Below the pieces are notes generated by a model. The model was not told the DNA's origin. It ran no database searches and saw only the letters and a program-made list of their open reading frames with translations. The position numbers were made by a program, and so were the translations under genes. DNA of 64,000 nucleotides, taken from NCBI GenBank assembly GCA_973895155.1, contig OZ316899.1:5335241-5399240 (forward strand), given 5' to 3'. The DNA is from Marsupella aquatica. Taxonomy: Eukaryota > Plantae > Marchantiophyta. Positions 11,388 to 24,762 of the stretch are shown here, in pieces. Positions within the stretch are counted from its first letter, which is position 1. Each line of letters begins with the position of its first letter.

Positions 11388-14300
11388 ATGTCATACCTCA
11401 AACTAATTGCATACAATTCCCTAGTTTCACAAATGCAGGTTGGTGCCACTTTGTTGATGTTGAATTTGCAGGGAGTTTTCAACACTTCAGACGTCCATAC
11501 AGATGCACTATTCCAGCTATTCCACAAAAAACTCTTGCCCCGACCAAACACTCTCCCTGGGTGTGTGAGGGAAGCTAAGAAGTTGTTAACCTCAATTGGA
11601 TTGGCTTTAGAGACTATCCACATGTGTCCAAGTGGTTGCATCCTATACAGAGGGACATACTCTGAGCATACAGAGTGCCCAGAGGCACAATGTAATCTTC
11701 CATGGTACCGACCGGATACCATCGGCAAAAAGATCCTAGAGAAGGTGATGTCCTCCTCCTCTTGGCGGTGTTACATTTGTTAGAACGTAGTTTTGCCCAT
11801 TTTCCTCGTCATTTCCGACGTACGCACACGTACGTCCTTTCTAAAGACGTAACTTACGTCTCCAAATCACCAGTTAGTTTTTACGTCGTCTACTACATGG
11901 TACACATATATTTACGTCGTTAATTAAGACGTAAACTGAAGTAGCCGATGTTACTAACATCACTGAGAAACTTTACATCGTATGTTATATTGTACCGGTG
12001 TATTTACGTCGTGTGAGACGACATTAACTTTGATTTAACGTGATGCTTGTAACTCTGTTTATGGCAGGTCTTCAGGTATTTCCTGATCACACCCCGACTA
12101 CAGCATCTTTATCGACGGAAACATTTATCGGCACTTCAAACATGGCATGCTAAGAACAAATCTCCACCAGGGATTATGCGGTATCACCACGATAGTCCAG
12201 CATGGAAGCACATTGACAGCACTTGGCCGGATTTTTCTAGGGAGCCAAGGAACGTTTGATTGGGTTAGCAATAGATGGGGTAAACCCATACAAGCAACGA
12301 CGGAAGCCTAAGTCCATATGGCCAGTTCTTTTGCTCAATCAAAATATCCCTCCATGGTTGGCGATGAAGAAGGGTCATGTTCTCCTCCTTGCTATCATTC
12401 CGGGTCCTCAGGCCTGTAAAAATCCAGACATTTGTTTGGCTCTAGCTTATGAAGAGTTGCAGAAGCTATGGGAGTTTGGGGCAGTGACCACAGATGTGAC
12501 TCGTACACCGGATAATGGGAGGACATTTAATATGAGAGCAATGATCACCCATTGCACCACGAATGGTCCAGGTAATTCTCAGTCATAGAAATAATTGAGA
12601 CATACATTGTGCATGGTTCTATTGCATGTGACAATGGTTTTTGGCCTGAATGTTTTAAATGTCATTGACAGGTATGGGCACAATATCTGGCTTGAAAGTG
12701 GCCGGTTATTCAGCTTGCCCTTCATGTGGTCCTGAGTTGCATGGGAGATACTCTAAGCGTCTGCACAAAACCACATATGAGGGCAGTAGGGTTCGTTTGC
12801 CAATGGACGATATATTGCAACATAACACCACACATTGGGCTGAGACTGAATTTAGGCCATGTCCCAATGGGCCTTCAGCTAAGGGTCAAATTCAAATGGC
12901 GGAGAAAGTGGAGGCAAAGTTACTTCAACCTAAGCACTGTGGTGTCAATCGTCGCTCAGCTTTGTGGGACTTGCCTTATTGGAGGGTAATCAAAATAAAA
13001 TTTGGCTTCTTTTAAGTTAGTGACTTGTAGTATTCTCTTTATGAATTTCTCACTAGCAAAACCTGATTCTCCACTCATTTTGCAGATCCTCCAGATACGA
13101 TGGTTGTTGGACCCCATGCATATTGAAGTGAATGTTGCCAAGAATATAGTGAAGCACATTTATGGGAGGAATGATACTTGTGGGGTCCGAGAGGATGCAA
13201 AGCAAGTTGGAGTGGTGAAGAGTTGTTGGATAACTCAAGATGGGGAGAAGCCACCTGCTCCTTGGGTTTTGCCAAAACAGATTTTGAAGGAGATGAACGG
13301 GATGATATGTGAAATGAAATTCCCTAGCCATTACGGAGCCGGCTTCCGTGGGTGCACTACAAGGGAAGACCACATACCCCCAATCGGCTTGAAGTCTCAC
13401 GATTATAACAAGTTGATTCAGCATGTGTTACTTGGTGTCTTGCGTTGTTGTGATGATTCTAGAGAGCGACGCCTACTCCGACATACAGTATATGAGTTGT
13501 GCTCCATTTTCAGGTTAGCATAGTCTTGTTGGCATATATTTATGATATGATCATTGCATATGTCTATCATACTAACAATTTGACAAAATCTTGAGTACCC
13601 CTTACAGGTGGGTATGCGCCAAGGAAATAAAGGAGAGTGAGATTCCCGAGATGAGGGAACGGTCTGCCCGTGTTATGTGCAATATGGAGAAGGTGTTTCC
13701 CCCATGTATTTTTGACATGCAATTGCATTTGCTATGTCATCTGGTGGATGAGGTAGCCATTGCTGGTCCAGTGCATGCGCGGTGGATGTATTGGGTAGAG
13801 CGGTTCATGAAAGTGCTAAAGCCTCGGGTGCACCAACCCGCTCGACCAGAGGGAAGTATGGCAACAGGGTATATTATGTCGGAGTGCCTATTCTAGTCAA
13901 GCGGGGTGATAGGGAGTTTGGACACACAAGCTCCCACAACTTGGGAAGAGGCACAAGATGATGACAATGGTGGGTTGCGAGTGATGGGCGCGTCAAAGAA
14001 GCGATCATTATATGATGACATTTTTTGCCGACAAATCCACAATTATGTGTTGGAGAACCGCACCAAGATGTCAGATTGGAGAGAGTTGTATAGGTAGGGA
14101 CGTAATCCTTCATGTTGAGTCCTACTTAGATTTGAAATGTACATTCAAGGTGGTTGGCACAAATTGGGATCTAATGTATCTGTGACCCAGTACTTGCAGG
14201 GCATGGGTGGAGTAGCAGCGGATAGGGGCAGCACGAGACCGTGTTCATGCATCATTTCGCATATGGGCCTTGGAGCGCATGGAGGGGCTCCTTGCAGTGC

Positions 14301-14815
14301 ATGGCCCTACATTCATTCCCATTGATGTACAGAACATCATTAGGGGGCCTTTGATGTGGGCTATGAGTCATACTCACATGTATGAGTTAGGGCACCACTT
14401 TTGGACTTGGAGGACGGACCATATGAAGAAGAGTACTTGTAACTCTGAAGTATATATGGTGACCGATGTAGGTGATGTTGAGGTTCCTTATTGTGGCATT
14501 GTCTTGGATATTTTGGATGTTAATTTTGGCTCGTTTACCACCACGGTGTTAGAGGTGAGGTGGCACAAGTCCATCATGTCACCTCCAGCAAGAGCTACCA
14601 TGGTGAAGGATGAGTGTGGATTTTATCGTGTGGACACGACCCGTGTTGCACCAAGCGGGACTGAGTTTAGTGACACTATAGTTTTTCCTAGCCAAGTGGA
14701 TCAATGCATTACGGTTCCAATGCACAGCATGGGAGGATGGTCCATTGTGATTCCCATCTTTCCACGCCGCAAGAAGGGCTTCATGCCATCAGCTATTGCA
14801 GATGATGAGGATTGA
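11388..14815 (+). pseudogene. TnpD/Tnp2-type CACTA transposase (Transposase_21, DUF4218 and DUF4216-like regions), multi-exon, decayed
   Basis: Motifs IHMCPSGCILYR, GLAIDGVNP, WPVLLLNQNIPPW, LDPMHIEVNV, LKSHDY, GPVHARWMYWVERFM; several GT-AG introns. Confidence 0.93.
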
Positions 14816-15464
14816 CATGATAGACTCACTATCCCCATTTGTATTGACTGTTGTCACGGTTTGCATATAAACAGACATATTTCATGGCCTAGGCATCTGT
14901 CAATTTGGAGAGTGGGATGGGCTTGTTAATCACTTGGTAAAGAAACAAGTAATAACCATACATTTATGGACATGATCCCTCGGCCTTCTGCTACAAGGGA
15001 TAATTGTCATTAACGTCGTCCGAAACAATTTACGTCAATACCAAATTCTCTAATGTCATTTATAGCTACGCAAATTTGATGTAATGGTAGTTAACGTATA
15101 TACCGAACCATCAGCCGATGTTATAAGGGTTTATTAACGTCCTTCTATACGTCGTAACATGGTGAAAATGACGTTCTTAACGATGTATGGCGCGACAAAA
15201 ATATATTACCTCAAGTAGAACGACGTTAATAATTAGATACGACGGTTCAGTCAATGTACTAAATTTTCTTCGACGTTAATCACAGAAAAAAGATACAACA
15301 TTCAAACCACACAATTGTTGCAACAAATAGCACTCATGGATGTGTTTATTGTTGCACATAGACCAAATAGAGATACACAATAGCTCTACCATCCTTTCTA
15401 CTGCAAATGTAGCCTACATGAGTCATGGTCATCCCTCTACACCCTCCCTCCAGACTGATGTTGA

Positions 15465-16025
15465 TTAAGGAGTCCCTTCTCCAGACCAGTAGTACTCCTC
15501 GTCTGCTTTCCTCTTCTTGTACGAAGCACGCCTTTGGCTGGCATTCCAATTCTTCCGCACAACAGCTTCACCGGCCTGTAGCCTCTGAGCCTCCACCTCG
15601 GCTGCACAAGTTTCCTTGTAATCAAACATAGCAATCTGAAGTTCAGTGGTTGACAGGTCACATTTAGACAAGGTGGGAGGATAGGCCTCACCATCATCAT
15701 CCTCGGGCAAATCTTCTAGACCACAATCACTGCTCGGATGCAACAAGAACTCTCCTAGATCCAACTGCTTGTTGGCAAGAATGGAGCACTCTACCCACCG
15801 AGTAGAGATGAAATGCACGGTTTCAACGAAATGCTCGATCAAGCTAGCATAGTCACTGAAGTGCTCCACAACCTGTTTCCACGTATTTGCAATCAAGAAA
15901 TTGGTCTGTGAGGTACATAGCTTGTCAACAAGCCCTCCACGGCAAAAGAACCCTCGAACCATCTTCTCCTCCTCACCAAGCGGGAGGAAACAACAATGCA
16001 CATTTGCAAAGAACTTCCGCACCAT
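15465..16025 (-). CDS. BRCT-like domain accessory protein of CACTA 1
   Basis: FFANVHCCF...RGGLV...QTNFLIA...VHFISTRWVECSILANKQLDLGEFLL follows the BRCT pattern (GG, TH/NxI, VxxxWxxxS). Acidic linker and basic KKRK tail. Confidence 0.65.
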   Translation of the reverse strand: MVRKFFANVHCCFLPLGEEEKMVRGFFCRGGLVDKLCTSQTNFLIANTWKQVVEHFSDYASLIEHFVETVHFISTRWVECSILANKQLDLGEFLLHPSSDCGLEDLPEDDDGEAYPPTLSKCDLSTTELQIAMFDYKETCAAEVEAQRLQAGEAVVRKNWNASQRRASYKKRKADEEYYWSGEGTP

Positions 16026-16499
16026 AGCTGAACACTTTTCCTCCCACGGTTCAACTTCTCTACACTGAGGATCTTTGATGTCTTCACTCGGGAATGCTGG
16101 CTATAGTGAGCCTCCCGCCTATAGTTCAATCTGTCATCCACTGATATGTGGAATTAACGTCGTTTTTCCCGATGCACGTATGGTATTCTATGACGACGCA
16201 TCTGCAGATACGTCATTCCAAACGCCTAAACTTAAGAACATCGTCCTATACATCGTTCTCTTTTACGTCTTCCAAGAATAGGTAAGTTACCACGTCTAGT
16301 AAGACGTAATGTAAGGTACAACGTGATATACGAGGTAACTTACAGTGTCTTAAAGGACATAAAGTTAACGTCACACAAGTCGACATTATCTGATCCCGTC
16401 GGAACTCCGGACGACATCCGACAACAGTCCGAAGCTTAACGACGTATAGTCCGTCGTAAATGGAAGGAACGTTGTCTTGGGTTAGGTTAAACCTGGTCC

Positions 16500-16522
16500 C
16501 AAAATGCAAAAATGTAGTTGTG
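16500..16522 (-). repeat. Right TIR of CACTA 1 (CACAA variant)
   Basis: Reverse complement CACAACTACATTTTTGCATTTTG vs CACTAGTACATTTTTGCAGTTTT at 32036. Homology to 24116+ starts right after it at TAA. Confidence 0.75.
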
Positions 16523-17733
16523 TAAATAGGTCAACGATAGGTCCTCCCGATGCCATAAGCCGGAACCAGAACCCACGCCCACTGTTCGTCCAGAACAGCT
16601 TCTTCCTTGGGCGCGGCCTGGGTTCCCCCTCGTACCTATCCATCACCAACTAACTGTCCTGACCTCAGGACATGTTCATGACCCAAATAGCGTAGCTTGT
16701 CCTAAAGCTTGTCCCAACACGCCGGGACCAGAATGGCCCCGACTCTAGCAACCGCTCTCGATTTGCCCCACTTGTGGTCTAGGGGCCAAGAACCCTTGGG
16801 ACTCAGCCTCCACACCTACTTGGCCTTGCCACCCCAACGCAAGCTCCCTTGGGAGACTGAACGCAGTTTGGTTGTTGTTCGGCAGGTTTCGGCAAGCGGG
16901 CGAGCTAACACCCGCAAACCACGATAACCCACGGCACCCCCGGACCCATCTGAGCTCAGGAGGACGTAGCCCTCCTCAAGAGCTTTCCAACGCACCCAAG
17001 AAGTTCTCCAACGGAGTTCCCGTTGGGAAGATATCGTCATTTCCGTTTGGCGGTTTCCCTTAGTGTCGCGACCGCTGCGGCTCACGACTTCGGCTTGGCC
17101 TTGGCCCCCAGGGAGACACCACTCCCCTCATATATGCTTCTGGAGACCTGCCACCCCTAGACCAGCTTTGGTTCCTAAACATTTGGCCCCCAACCCGGAT
17201 CCCATCCCGCATAATGGGCGCGCCACGAACTGGCAACGCCCATAACTTTCTTGATAGGCATCCGCAAGCGGAGTGCCTTAGCCCACTGTGACCAGGCCGA
17301 CCCAGTGCTCATGCCTAGGCCGTCAGGTCTGATCGTTGCTCGAGGCCCCCGACCGGCACAACCCGGATCGGGCCACAACTTGCGCCCCAAGCGTCCGTTG
17401 CCAATGGCGTCAACTCCATTGGCCTTGGGCCCAAGCTAAGCTCACTCCCAAGTCCTTTGAACTCAAAGTCCATCCGGAGGTCCGAACGGCCACCCTTGAG
17501 CCCGGCCCATTTCCCTTTCACCCCACCAGCCATTGGCTAGTCCAAGTCCTTAGTGTGTGCCCCCAGCTTGGCTCCTTGCCTCGCTAGTGCCACGTCTCAT
17601 TGCCCACAAGTCTCCCTATGCTAAGTCCTCCTCGGATGGCCTATCCGGGCCTAGACCATAAGGAAGCTCGGCGTCGGAGTCAACGATGCCGGAGCTAAGT
17701 GTTAAGGTAGTCGAGTTCCGCGACTAGCTGTCA

Positions 17734-18416
17734 ATAGAAGTAGAGAGACTACAAAAGAAAGAGGACAACATTGCAACTATCGAACAGGGATGGAGGCACG
17801 AAGAAATTGCCATGGAATCACTAGCAGAGTTTTTAGGCATGGGAACATTCCAAACTGGAGGCTTGACGGTAAACTACAAAGGTGTGACCACGGGGATTAG
17901 GGCAGCAATTGAAGCAGAGAAGATGGAGAACCGCAAAGCACAGTTGCAATCCAAATCGAATGCGGATTCCTTAAAAGAAGTTACGAAATTATAGATGCAA
18001 CTCAAGGATACAGTGGGTAAGCATCGAAAAGAAGCCAGCAAGTGGGAAAAAGAGCAAAAGGAGGTCAAGGAGATAAAGTTGAAATGGGAAGAATTAGATT
18101 CCCAACTCCGTCAAAACATGGGTACAACTCTGCCAGCAAATGTAATGCTAGGGGTACACAAGGAAGCATTCAACACCAAAATTGACCAATTGAGTAAGCA
18201 ATTGCACATGACAAACGAGCAAATTGCAGAATTAGAAGCACAACTAGTGCAAGCGAAGGCTTAGAGACCAGGCAACGAAGGGAGAATGGAGGAAGTAGAA
18301 CAGCTCAGGAATGAGAATGATCAGATTTCTCAGGAATTAGAGGATAAGGAACGGTGCATTCTAGACATGAAATCCGAAATTGTACAGCAGTAACCCCAAG
18401 CAAGAAAATGGGTTAG
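17734..18416 (+). pseudogene. 5'-truncated coiled-coil protein (copy 1)
   Basis: ORFs 17812..17994 and 17995..18264 are in frame across a CAG>TAG stop; E/K/Q-rich heptads. Confidence 0.6.
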
Positions 18417-18643
18417 TGGTCGAGAATCAAAGGAGAAGAGTTACGGAAGCTGTGGAGCAAACAATGAACAGGGAACAATGGTTGATGGAGTAGTAAACGG
18501 ATATCGAGGACGAATCCGTAAGTAAGTAAAGGAGAATGTAAACCAAGAAAATAATTAAGTAGAATTAGTGGAGAAACGTCAAGTGGAAGATAATAGATCA
18601 AGTATTTAAGGGGATTAGTGGCAGGTAGGAATAGCTTAGTAAG

Positions 18644-19222
18644 ATGGCTGGGAGACTAACATTAGAAGGCACGACAATTTTTGCTATATGGAGTAGTACC
18701 GGATTAGGGTTTTGCTATGAGGGATGCGATACCAAGCTAGGAGATGGCAGAGATTGCGCTTTGGGGGTGAAAGCAAGACAACGAAGGCAAATGGGAGAAG
18801 AACGATCGAACGTTTTCAATAGAGATCGAGGCACTCATATTTACAAGCTTGTAGGAGAGGGGAAGCCCATGTTTCAATTTATGATCCGACTTAGGGAGGG
18901 AGACTGCCGAGTATGGAATGAAGCAGGGCAACAACTTTTCGGCATGAATGGTGAAACTTTCCAACGACAGTTGACTACTCAAGAAGGCGTTGAAGAATTT
19001 TGCAGGGGAATCATGTCATCAAAGTGGAACCTGACATTGGGACGAGAACTCGATCAACGACAACATCATTGCTGGAGGCTAATCGTCGTTGAACGAGTAA
19101 TTGCTTTTTGGAACATTAGTGAACCAGAAGATCCATTGAATGTCTATCATGTGACATCAGAATTGATAAACTTAACCATTGGCAGTTCAGAAACCACGGC
19201 TCCAACCACCAATCGGTTATAG
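18644..19222 (+). CDS. RPA70 C-terminal-like OB-fold/zinc-ribbon protein, 192 aa, uninterrupted
   Basis: FCYEGC..C..HI(C/Y)..MFQFMIRL..VWNEAGQQLFGMNGETF resembles Rep_fac-A_C spacing; preceded by a GTATTTAAGG TATA-like motif. Confidence 0.55.
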   Translation: MAGRLTLEGTTIFAIWSSTGLGFCYEGCDTKLGDGRDCALGVKARQRRQMGEERSNVFNRDRGTHIYKLVGEGKPMFQFMIRLREGDCRVWNEAGQQLFGMNGETFQRQLTTQEGVEEFCRGIMSSKWNLTLGRELDQRQHHCWRLIVVERVIAFWNISEPEDPLNVYHVTSELINLTIGSSETTAPTTNRL

Positions 19223-19589
19223 AGATGTTCGATGCAGTAGTCTCAGTTGAACAGAGTATACCAATCGGGAACTATGGATTGCGGTTTAGCAACCGCAAAA
19301 TAGCAGTTTATTAACTGCTATGCAGTTATGTTTGATTAGTAAGTTAGATAACAGGTAAGCTAACTCCAAACTTGTCGGACCCATTGTCCTCCCCTTGGGG
19401 CACTCCCCTTTGGTTTGAACTAGCCCGCCCATAGATGTAGGGCGGGCACCATCAACTTCCATTCGAAAAAAGCAAATTGGCCGCCCAACAACCTCTAGCA
19501 CCAACGCAATCCGACTTTATCCTTAAGAGGCCGAGAGGAGTGAAACTAGGATACAACTCACAAAGGTAGCTACAGTTGCCTGTACCAGT

Positions 19590-22500
19590 TCCAAGGATCT
19601 CTAAGGCATTACCCAAAATTTCCTCTAGTTCCCAAGTACTCTCGGCCTAATCATAGCCAGCCCACTTCACCAAATACTCTAAGATTTGCCTTCCCAACCT
19701 GCATTTGTAACGGTGGTCCAGACCTCAAACTCCTCAACGTCGTCCACCAGCATGGCGTCCGGACGCAAAACCTGATCCCGATTGGGATCATCGTCTTTGA
19801 AAAACTTCTTGAGCCGGCTAACATGGTAGCTTTTGCCCACGCCCATTTCCTTGGGTGTCTCTAGCACCACCAAAACCGAATTATCCTTGTGGGCCCATCG
19901 TATAAATGCGATAGGGCCCCACATATCTGGGAGCCAGCTTCCTACTTATGTTCTCGTGGTATTGCTCAGGTCTCAACTGCAACCAGACGCTCTCCCCAAT
20001 TTCAAAGCTTACCTTACCTGGCGTTGATGTTTATCCCCTTGCTCTTGTACCTACTTTGGGCAAGGGTCATACCCTTAGTAGCCGCTTCCACAACTAGGCG
20101 CCGCTCTCAAATAAAATTGTCTGTAGAAGGAACCTTGCTTTCCGTCCACCAAGCTTCCGGATTTATAAACCAGGAGGGCGCCCTTGGCGTCCTCCCTGTG
20201 GCCAACACAAATGGCGCAAACTCTGTCGTAAAATGCTTGGTAAAGTTATGCCTAAACTTGGCCATCGTTAAATGCTTCGCCCAATCCTTTTGATTGGCCG
20301 TCACAAAGTGACGCAAGTAGTCCTCCACAATACCATTAACCCGTTCCGTTTGGCCATCTATCTCATGATGATATGCTGATCCCCTAGTCAGGTCTGTTCC
20401 CGATAACCGGAACAACGCCTTTCAGAAATGGCCCGTGAACTTGGTATCGCGATCGGACAGGATATGCAACGGCAATCCCCAATGTCGAAAGACATTGTCA
20501 AACACTAGACCGGCAACCTCTTGGGCCAAAACCATCTTCGTAGTAGGCAAGAAATACGCCATCTTGGAAAAACAATCCATGATTGTTAAGATGGAGTTAC
20601 TGCCGTGGGACTCAGGTAACCCAACAATGAAGTCCATGGAGATAGACTCCCATGGAGCCGCAGCTACTGGTAAGGGTTGCAGCAATCCTCCTTTTGCCCT
20701 ATAGACCGTTTGGTTCTTTTGGCACGAGTAACAACTTTGCACGTGTTGAAGGACCGATTGCTTCATGTCCGGCCAATACACATCTTGCGACATGCTGCAA
20801 TACGTAGCGGCTTGTCCTCCATGCCCTCCCCAGGGCGAGTTGTGGTACTTTTGCAGAACCTCTAACCTTAGAGACTCTGGTATGTACACACGCCTCTGCT
20901 TGTACCGCCATAATTGAACATTATGCGTCGTATCCAACCCCAACGATACGTGCCTTACCTTGCCTCGGCTACCCCCATTGCTTTGCCATTCCTTAGCTAA
21001 CTTGTCATCCCCATACGCCGCGGCCAGAACCTTTGGCCACTCGGATTTGAGCATCATGATCCCATTGACACAATGTTGGTCCTTACGCGATAACACGTCC
21101 GCTACCGTATTTGTCTTCCCAGAACGTGGCAGACTTCGAAATCAAAATTTGCCAAGAACATCTGCCAGCGCATTTCCTTGGGGTTCAGTCTTGGCTTAGA
21201 ACTGAAGTACCCGGCCGGCAAGCTATCTGTGTGGATTACCACTTTGGGACCGTTCTTAAGGTAAATCTCCCACTTCTTCAACGCATAGATCACAACATAC
21301 ATTTCCCTTTCCGATGTGATCCAATGATTTTCCAACTTACATGACTCAAAGGCCATAGGACGCCCATCTTGGTGAAGACAGGCGCCAATGGCGTAATCAC
21401 TTGCGTCTGTCCAAATCTCGAACGGTTTCCCCATCTCAGGTAACTTTAGAACCGGCGGCGTTATCATTAACCTCTTAAGTTCTAGGAATGCTAACTCGCA
21501 ACCATGTGTCCACACAAACACTTTGTTTTTCAACGTTAGTGTGTTTAGGGGCCTCGCGATCCTTGCATAGTCTTTCATGTATCTCCGATAGAACCTCGTA
21601 AATCCTAAGAAGGCTCTAACTTGCCTTACATTGGACGGGCGCTCCCATTCTTTGATCTCTTTAAGCTTGTCTTGACTAGGCGTAATCCCTTATGGGGTAA
21701 AGGTATGGCCGAGGAACTGAATCTCGGTCATTGCAAACTTGCACTTTCTAGGTTTAGCAAAGAGGCGAGCCTTACAAAGGTGAGAGAAAACTTCTCTAAG
21801 CAACTGCTCATGTTCCTCCAACGTTTTCGAGTAGATTAGGATGTCATCAATAAAGACGACCACCCCTTGGTCCAACAAGTCATGAAAGATGGTATTCATC
21901 ATCTAGCTTCATGAACGTGGCGGTTGCATTACACAACCCAAACGGCATAACCAAAAACTCATAGGATCCGAACCTTGTGCGCATCGCGGTCTTATACTCA
22001 TCTCCCTTAGCCATGCGGATCTGGTAATACCCAGACCGCAAGTCCACCTTTGAAAACTTCTTAGCCCCGAAGAGGCAATCGAAGAGGTCATCCATATGAG
22101 GTAACGGGTACTTGTTCTTTACTGTCTGCTTATTGAGGGCCCGGTAATCTGCGCACAATCTCAAAGTACCATCCTTTTTGGACACAAACAGCGCGGGCAC
22201 CCCGTAAGGACTCTTACTAGGGCGAATGAACCCTTGGTCAATCAACTCTTCCAAATCGTTCTTCAACATCATTCGCTCGTTTAGGTTCAGACAATAAGGA
22301 GCTTTAGCCTAAGGAGCCGATCTCGGCTCCAACTCAACTTGGTGATCCACTTCTCTCCGGGGGGTAAACCTTTAGGTAGCTTCTGCGAGAGCCCGTCATT
22401 GAATTCCTCTAAAATGTCAGGAATTTGACCGCAGTCGGGCCGGACCTTAGCTGACTTGACCTTTGGTTGCAACGCAGCCTCCTTAGTTGGGTGGAGATGA

Positions 22501-24050
22501 AAGAAGAAACATTCATGTCCACCCTTGAAGTCTTTCCACCATTGCTTCACCGATACACACGGAGACATCCACGACACTTTACTTACTTTAAGAAATCTTT
22601 CTTTATTTTTGGTAATTTCGTGTACAATGATGGGCTCACCGCCCTTATTGGGAAAATGGAGCACCTCACCCCCCGATTTCAAGGTAACATTGTGCTTTCT
22701 GAGATAACCTACCAACAAAATGAAGTCTACGGCTAGACCGTCTAGAACGTAGAACATCTCTTGACTAACAAAATTTTGTTGTTCGCCTATGACCTCTACC
22801 CGAAGTCTATGCACTACTCTCGACACTATCCCCTTTGTGTCGTTGGCAAACTTGCACACTAACGGTTGTAGCAACACTTGCACGTCCACCCCAAGACCAG
22901 TTGCCGCCTGCCCACTTATGAAGCAAGCGGTCGCGCCTGTATCCACCAAAGCAACACCCAGATTACCGTTAGAAGTGACATTCACAAAAATCAGTTTTTT
23001 AGGTTCCATTGTCTTCACTTTAGATATCTTCTCTCGCAACAACACCTTCTCTCCATTAGGAACATCCCCTATAGGGACCTTGTCAGCTACTAAGGGTTTG
23101 GTTAGAGTGATACTTACCTTAATGCTCTTCTGCCCTCCACCATCTCCGTTTGGCTTGCCACCTTTCGTGGAACAATCCTTACTTTGATGGCCCATGGCAC
23201 CATATGTGAAGCACAAACCTTCAGCCCGCCTCTGCTCCATGGTTGCCTGCTTCTTTGCTTTCTGTGCCGATGAGGCTCTTTTCTTGAAGTTGTCGGCCTT
23301 CCGGTTTTGCTTAGCTTCTCCATTCTGGGGCTAGGGATCCAAACCACCGGCCCCCGCCCCCTCAAGTTGCTTACGCTTATTCTCGGGACCTTTTTCTTTC
23401 ATAGCTTCCCCCTTGGATCCCTTGCCACCCACCTTCGCCAAGTCCGGTCGGTTATTCACCAACGTAGTGGCCTTGTCAAAGGTGTCAGAAAGCGCTTTGA
23501 ACTCATGACGCTTTTCCTGCAACTTTTCCCTCAGCAATGGCGGGAGCTTCACGATAAAGTTGTGAAGCTATGTATGTAGGGTCTCTTGTCCCGCCGGGAT
23601 ACACGCCAACTGATTCTGGTAATAAGTGATGAACTTTTGGATATCACCCCTAAAGCTCATCTCGGTTACACATTTCTGAGCGTGTCGCTCCGGGTACTTA
23701 GTGATGACATGAGCACGAAGACCCTCAACCAGGTTTTCCCAAGTTAACGGCAAGGAGGAGTCCTCTCGCGACTTCTTCCATGACTTGTACCAAGTCAAGG
23801 CATAGTCCTTCAAGTAAGGAGCGAGTGGTGGACCTCGCCACCCAGCGCCCTCACCAATCCCAGAACCTGCACCTGCACCTGCACCTAAGTGCCCTTGGTG
23901 CCCGAACGCCTCCACAGAATACCTCGAGCAAGCATCCAAGTGCCTCTAGCACCACCTGCGGCCACTCCCATACGAAGCCGCACTTGCTCACCTACACAAC
24001 CGCTACTCAACGGTCCTCACTGTCTGCACAAACAACCAAGCACCTTGGTA
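19590..24050 (-). mobile_element. Chromovirus (Tcn1/Tf2-like) Ty3/Gypsy gag-pol, decayed
   Basis: gag fragments, protease LVDTGA, RT ([12 protein letters not shown]), RNase H (TDASDYAIG), integrase (SMDFI, SDRD, GQTER), chromodomain EEFEV...EYLVKWAGYD..STWELEEN at ~19600-19740; many stops and frameshifts. Confidence 0.93.
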
Positions 24051-24762
24051 AGTAACCCCTCTGGATCTAGAACTTGCCCAGTCTAGCATCCTAACTCAAG
24101 CTCAATAGATGTTGGTAAATAGGTCAGCGATAGGTCCTCCCGATGCCATAAGCCGGAACCAGAACCCACACCCACTGTCCGTCCAGGACAGCTCCTTCCT
24201 TGGGCGTGGCCCGGGTTCCCCCTCGTACCTATCCATCACCAACTGACCGCCCTGACCTCAGGACATGCTCATGGCCCAATGCAGCGTAGCTTGTCCTAAA
24301 GCTTGTCTCAACACGCCGGGACCAGAATGGCCCTGACTCCAACAACCGCTCCCGGTTCGCCCCACTGATGGTCTAGGGACCGAGCGCCCTTGGGACTCAG
24401 CCTCCATACCTACTTGGCCTTGCCTCCCCAACGCAAGCTCCCTTGGGAGGCTGAACGGGGCTTGCCTGCTGTTCGGCAGGATTTGGCAAACGGGCGAGCT
24501 AACACCCACAAACCACGAGAACCCATGGCACCCGCAGACCCAGCTGAGCTTAGGAGGGCGTAGTCCTCCTTGAGAGCTTTCCAACGCACCTAAGAAGTCC
24601 TCCAACGGACTTCCCGTTGGGAAGATATCACCATTTCCGTTTGGCGGTTTCCCTTAGTGTCGCGACCATCGCGGCTCACGACTTCGGCTCGGCCTTAGCC
24701 CCCAGGGAGACACCACTCCCCTCATATATGCTTCTGGAGACCTGCCACCCCTAGACCATCTA

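Larger units (their letters stand above)
11379..16522 (+). mobile_element. CACTA (En/Spm) DNA transposon 1, right part; interrupted by the Gypsy element
   Basis: TnpD-like exons, ACGT/CGAC-rich subterminal arrays, and a right terminus resembling that of CACTA 2, followed by TAA. Confidence 0.88.
16523..19353. repeat. Long direct repeat, copy 1 (LTR or segmental duplication)
   Basis: 16523-17165 matches 24116-24758 and 17736-19352 matches 24767-26403. About 570 nt is absent from copy 2. Confidence 0.9.
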
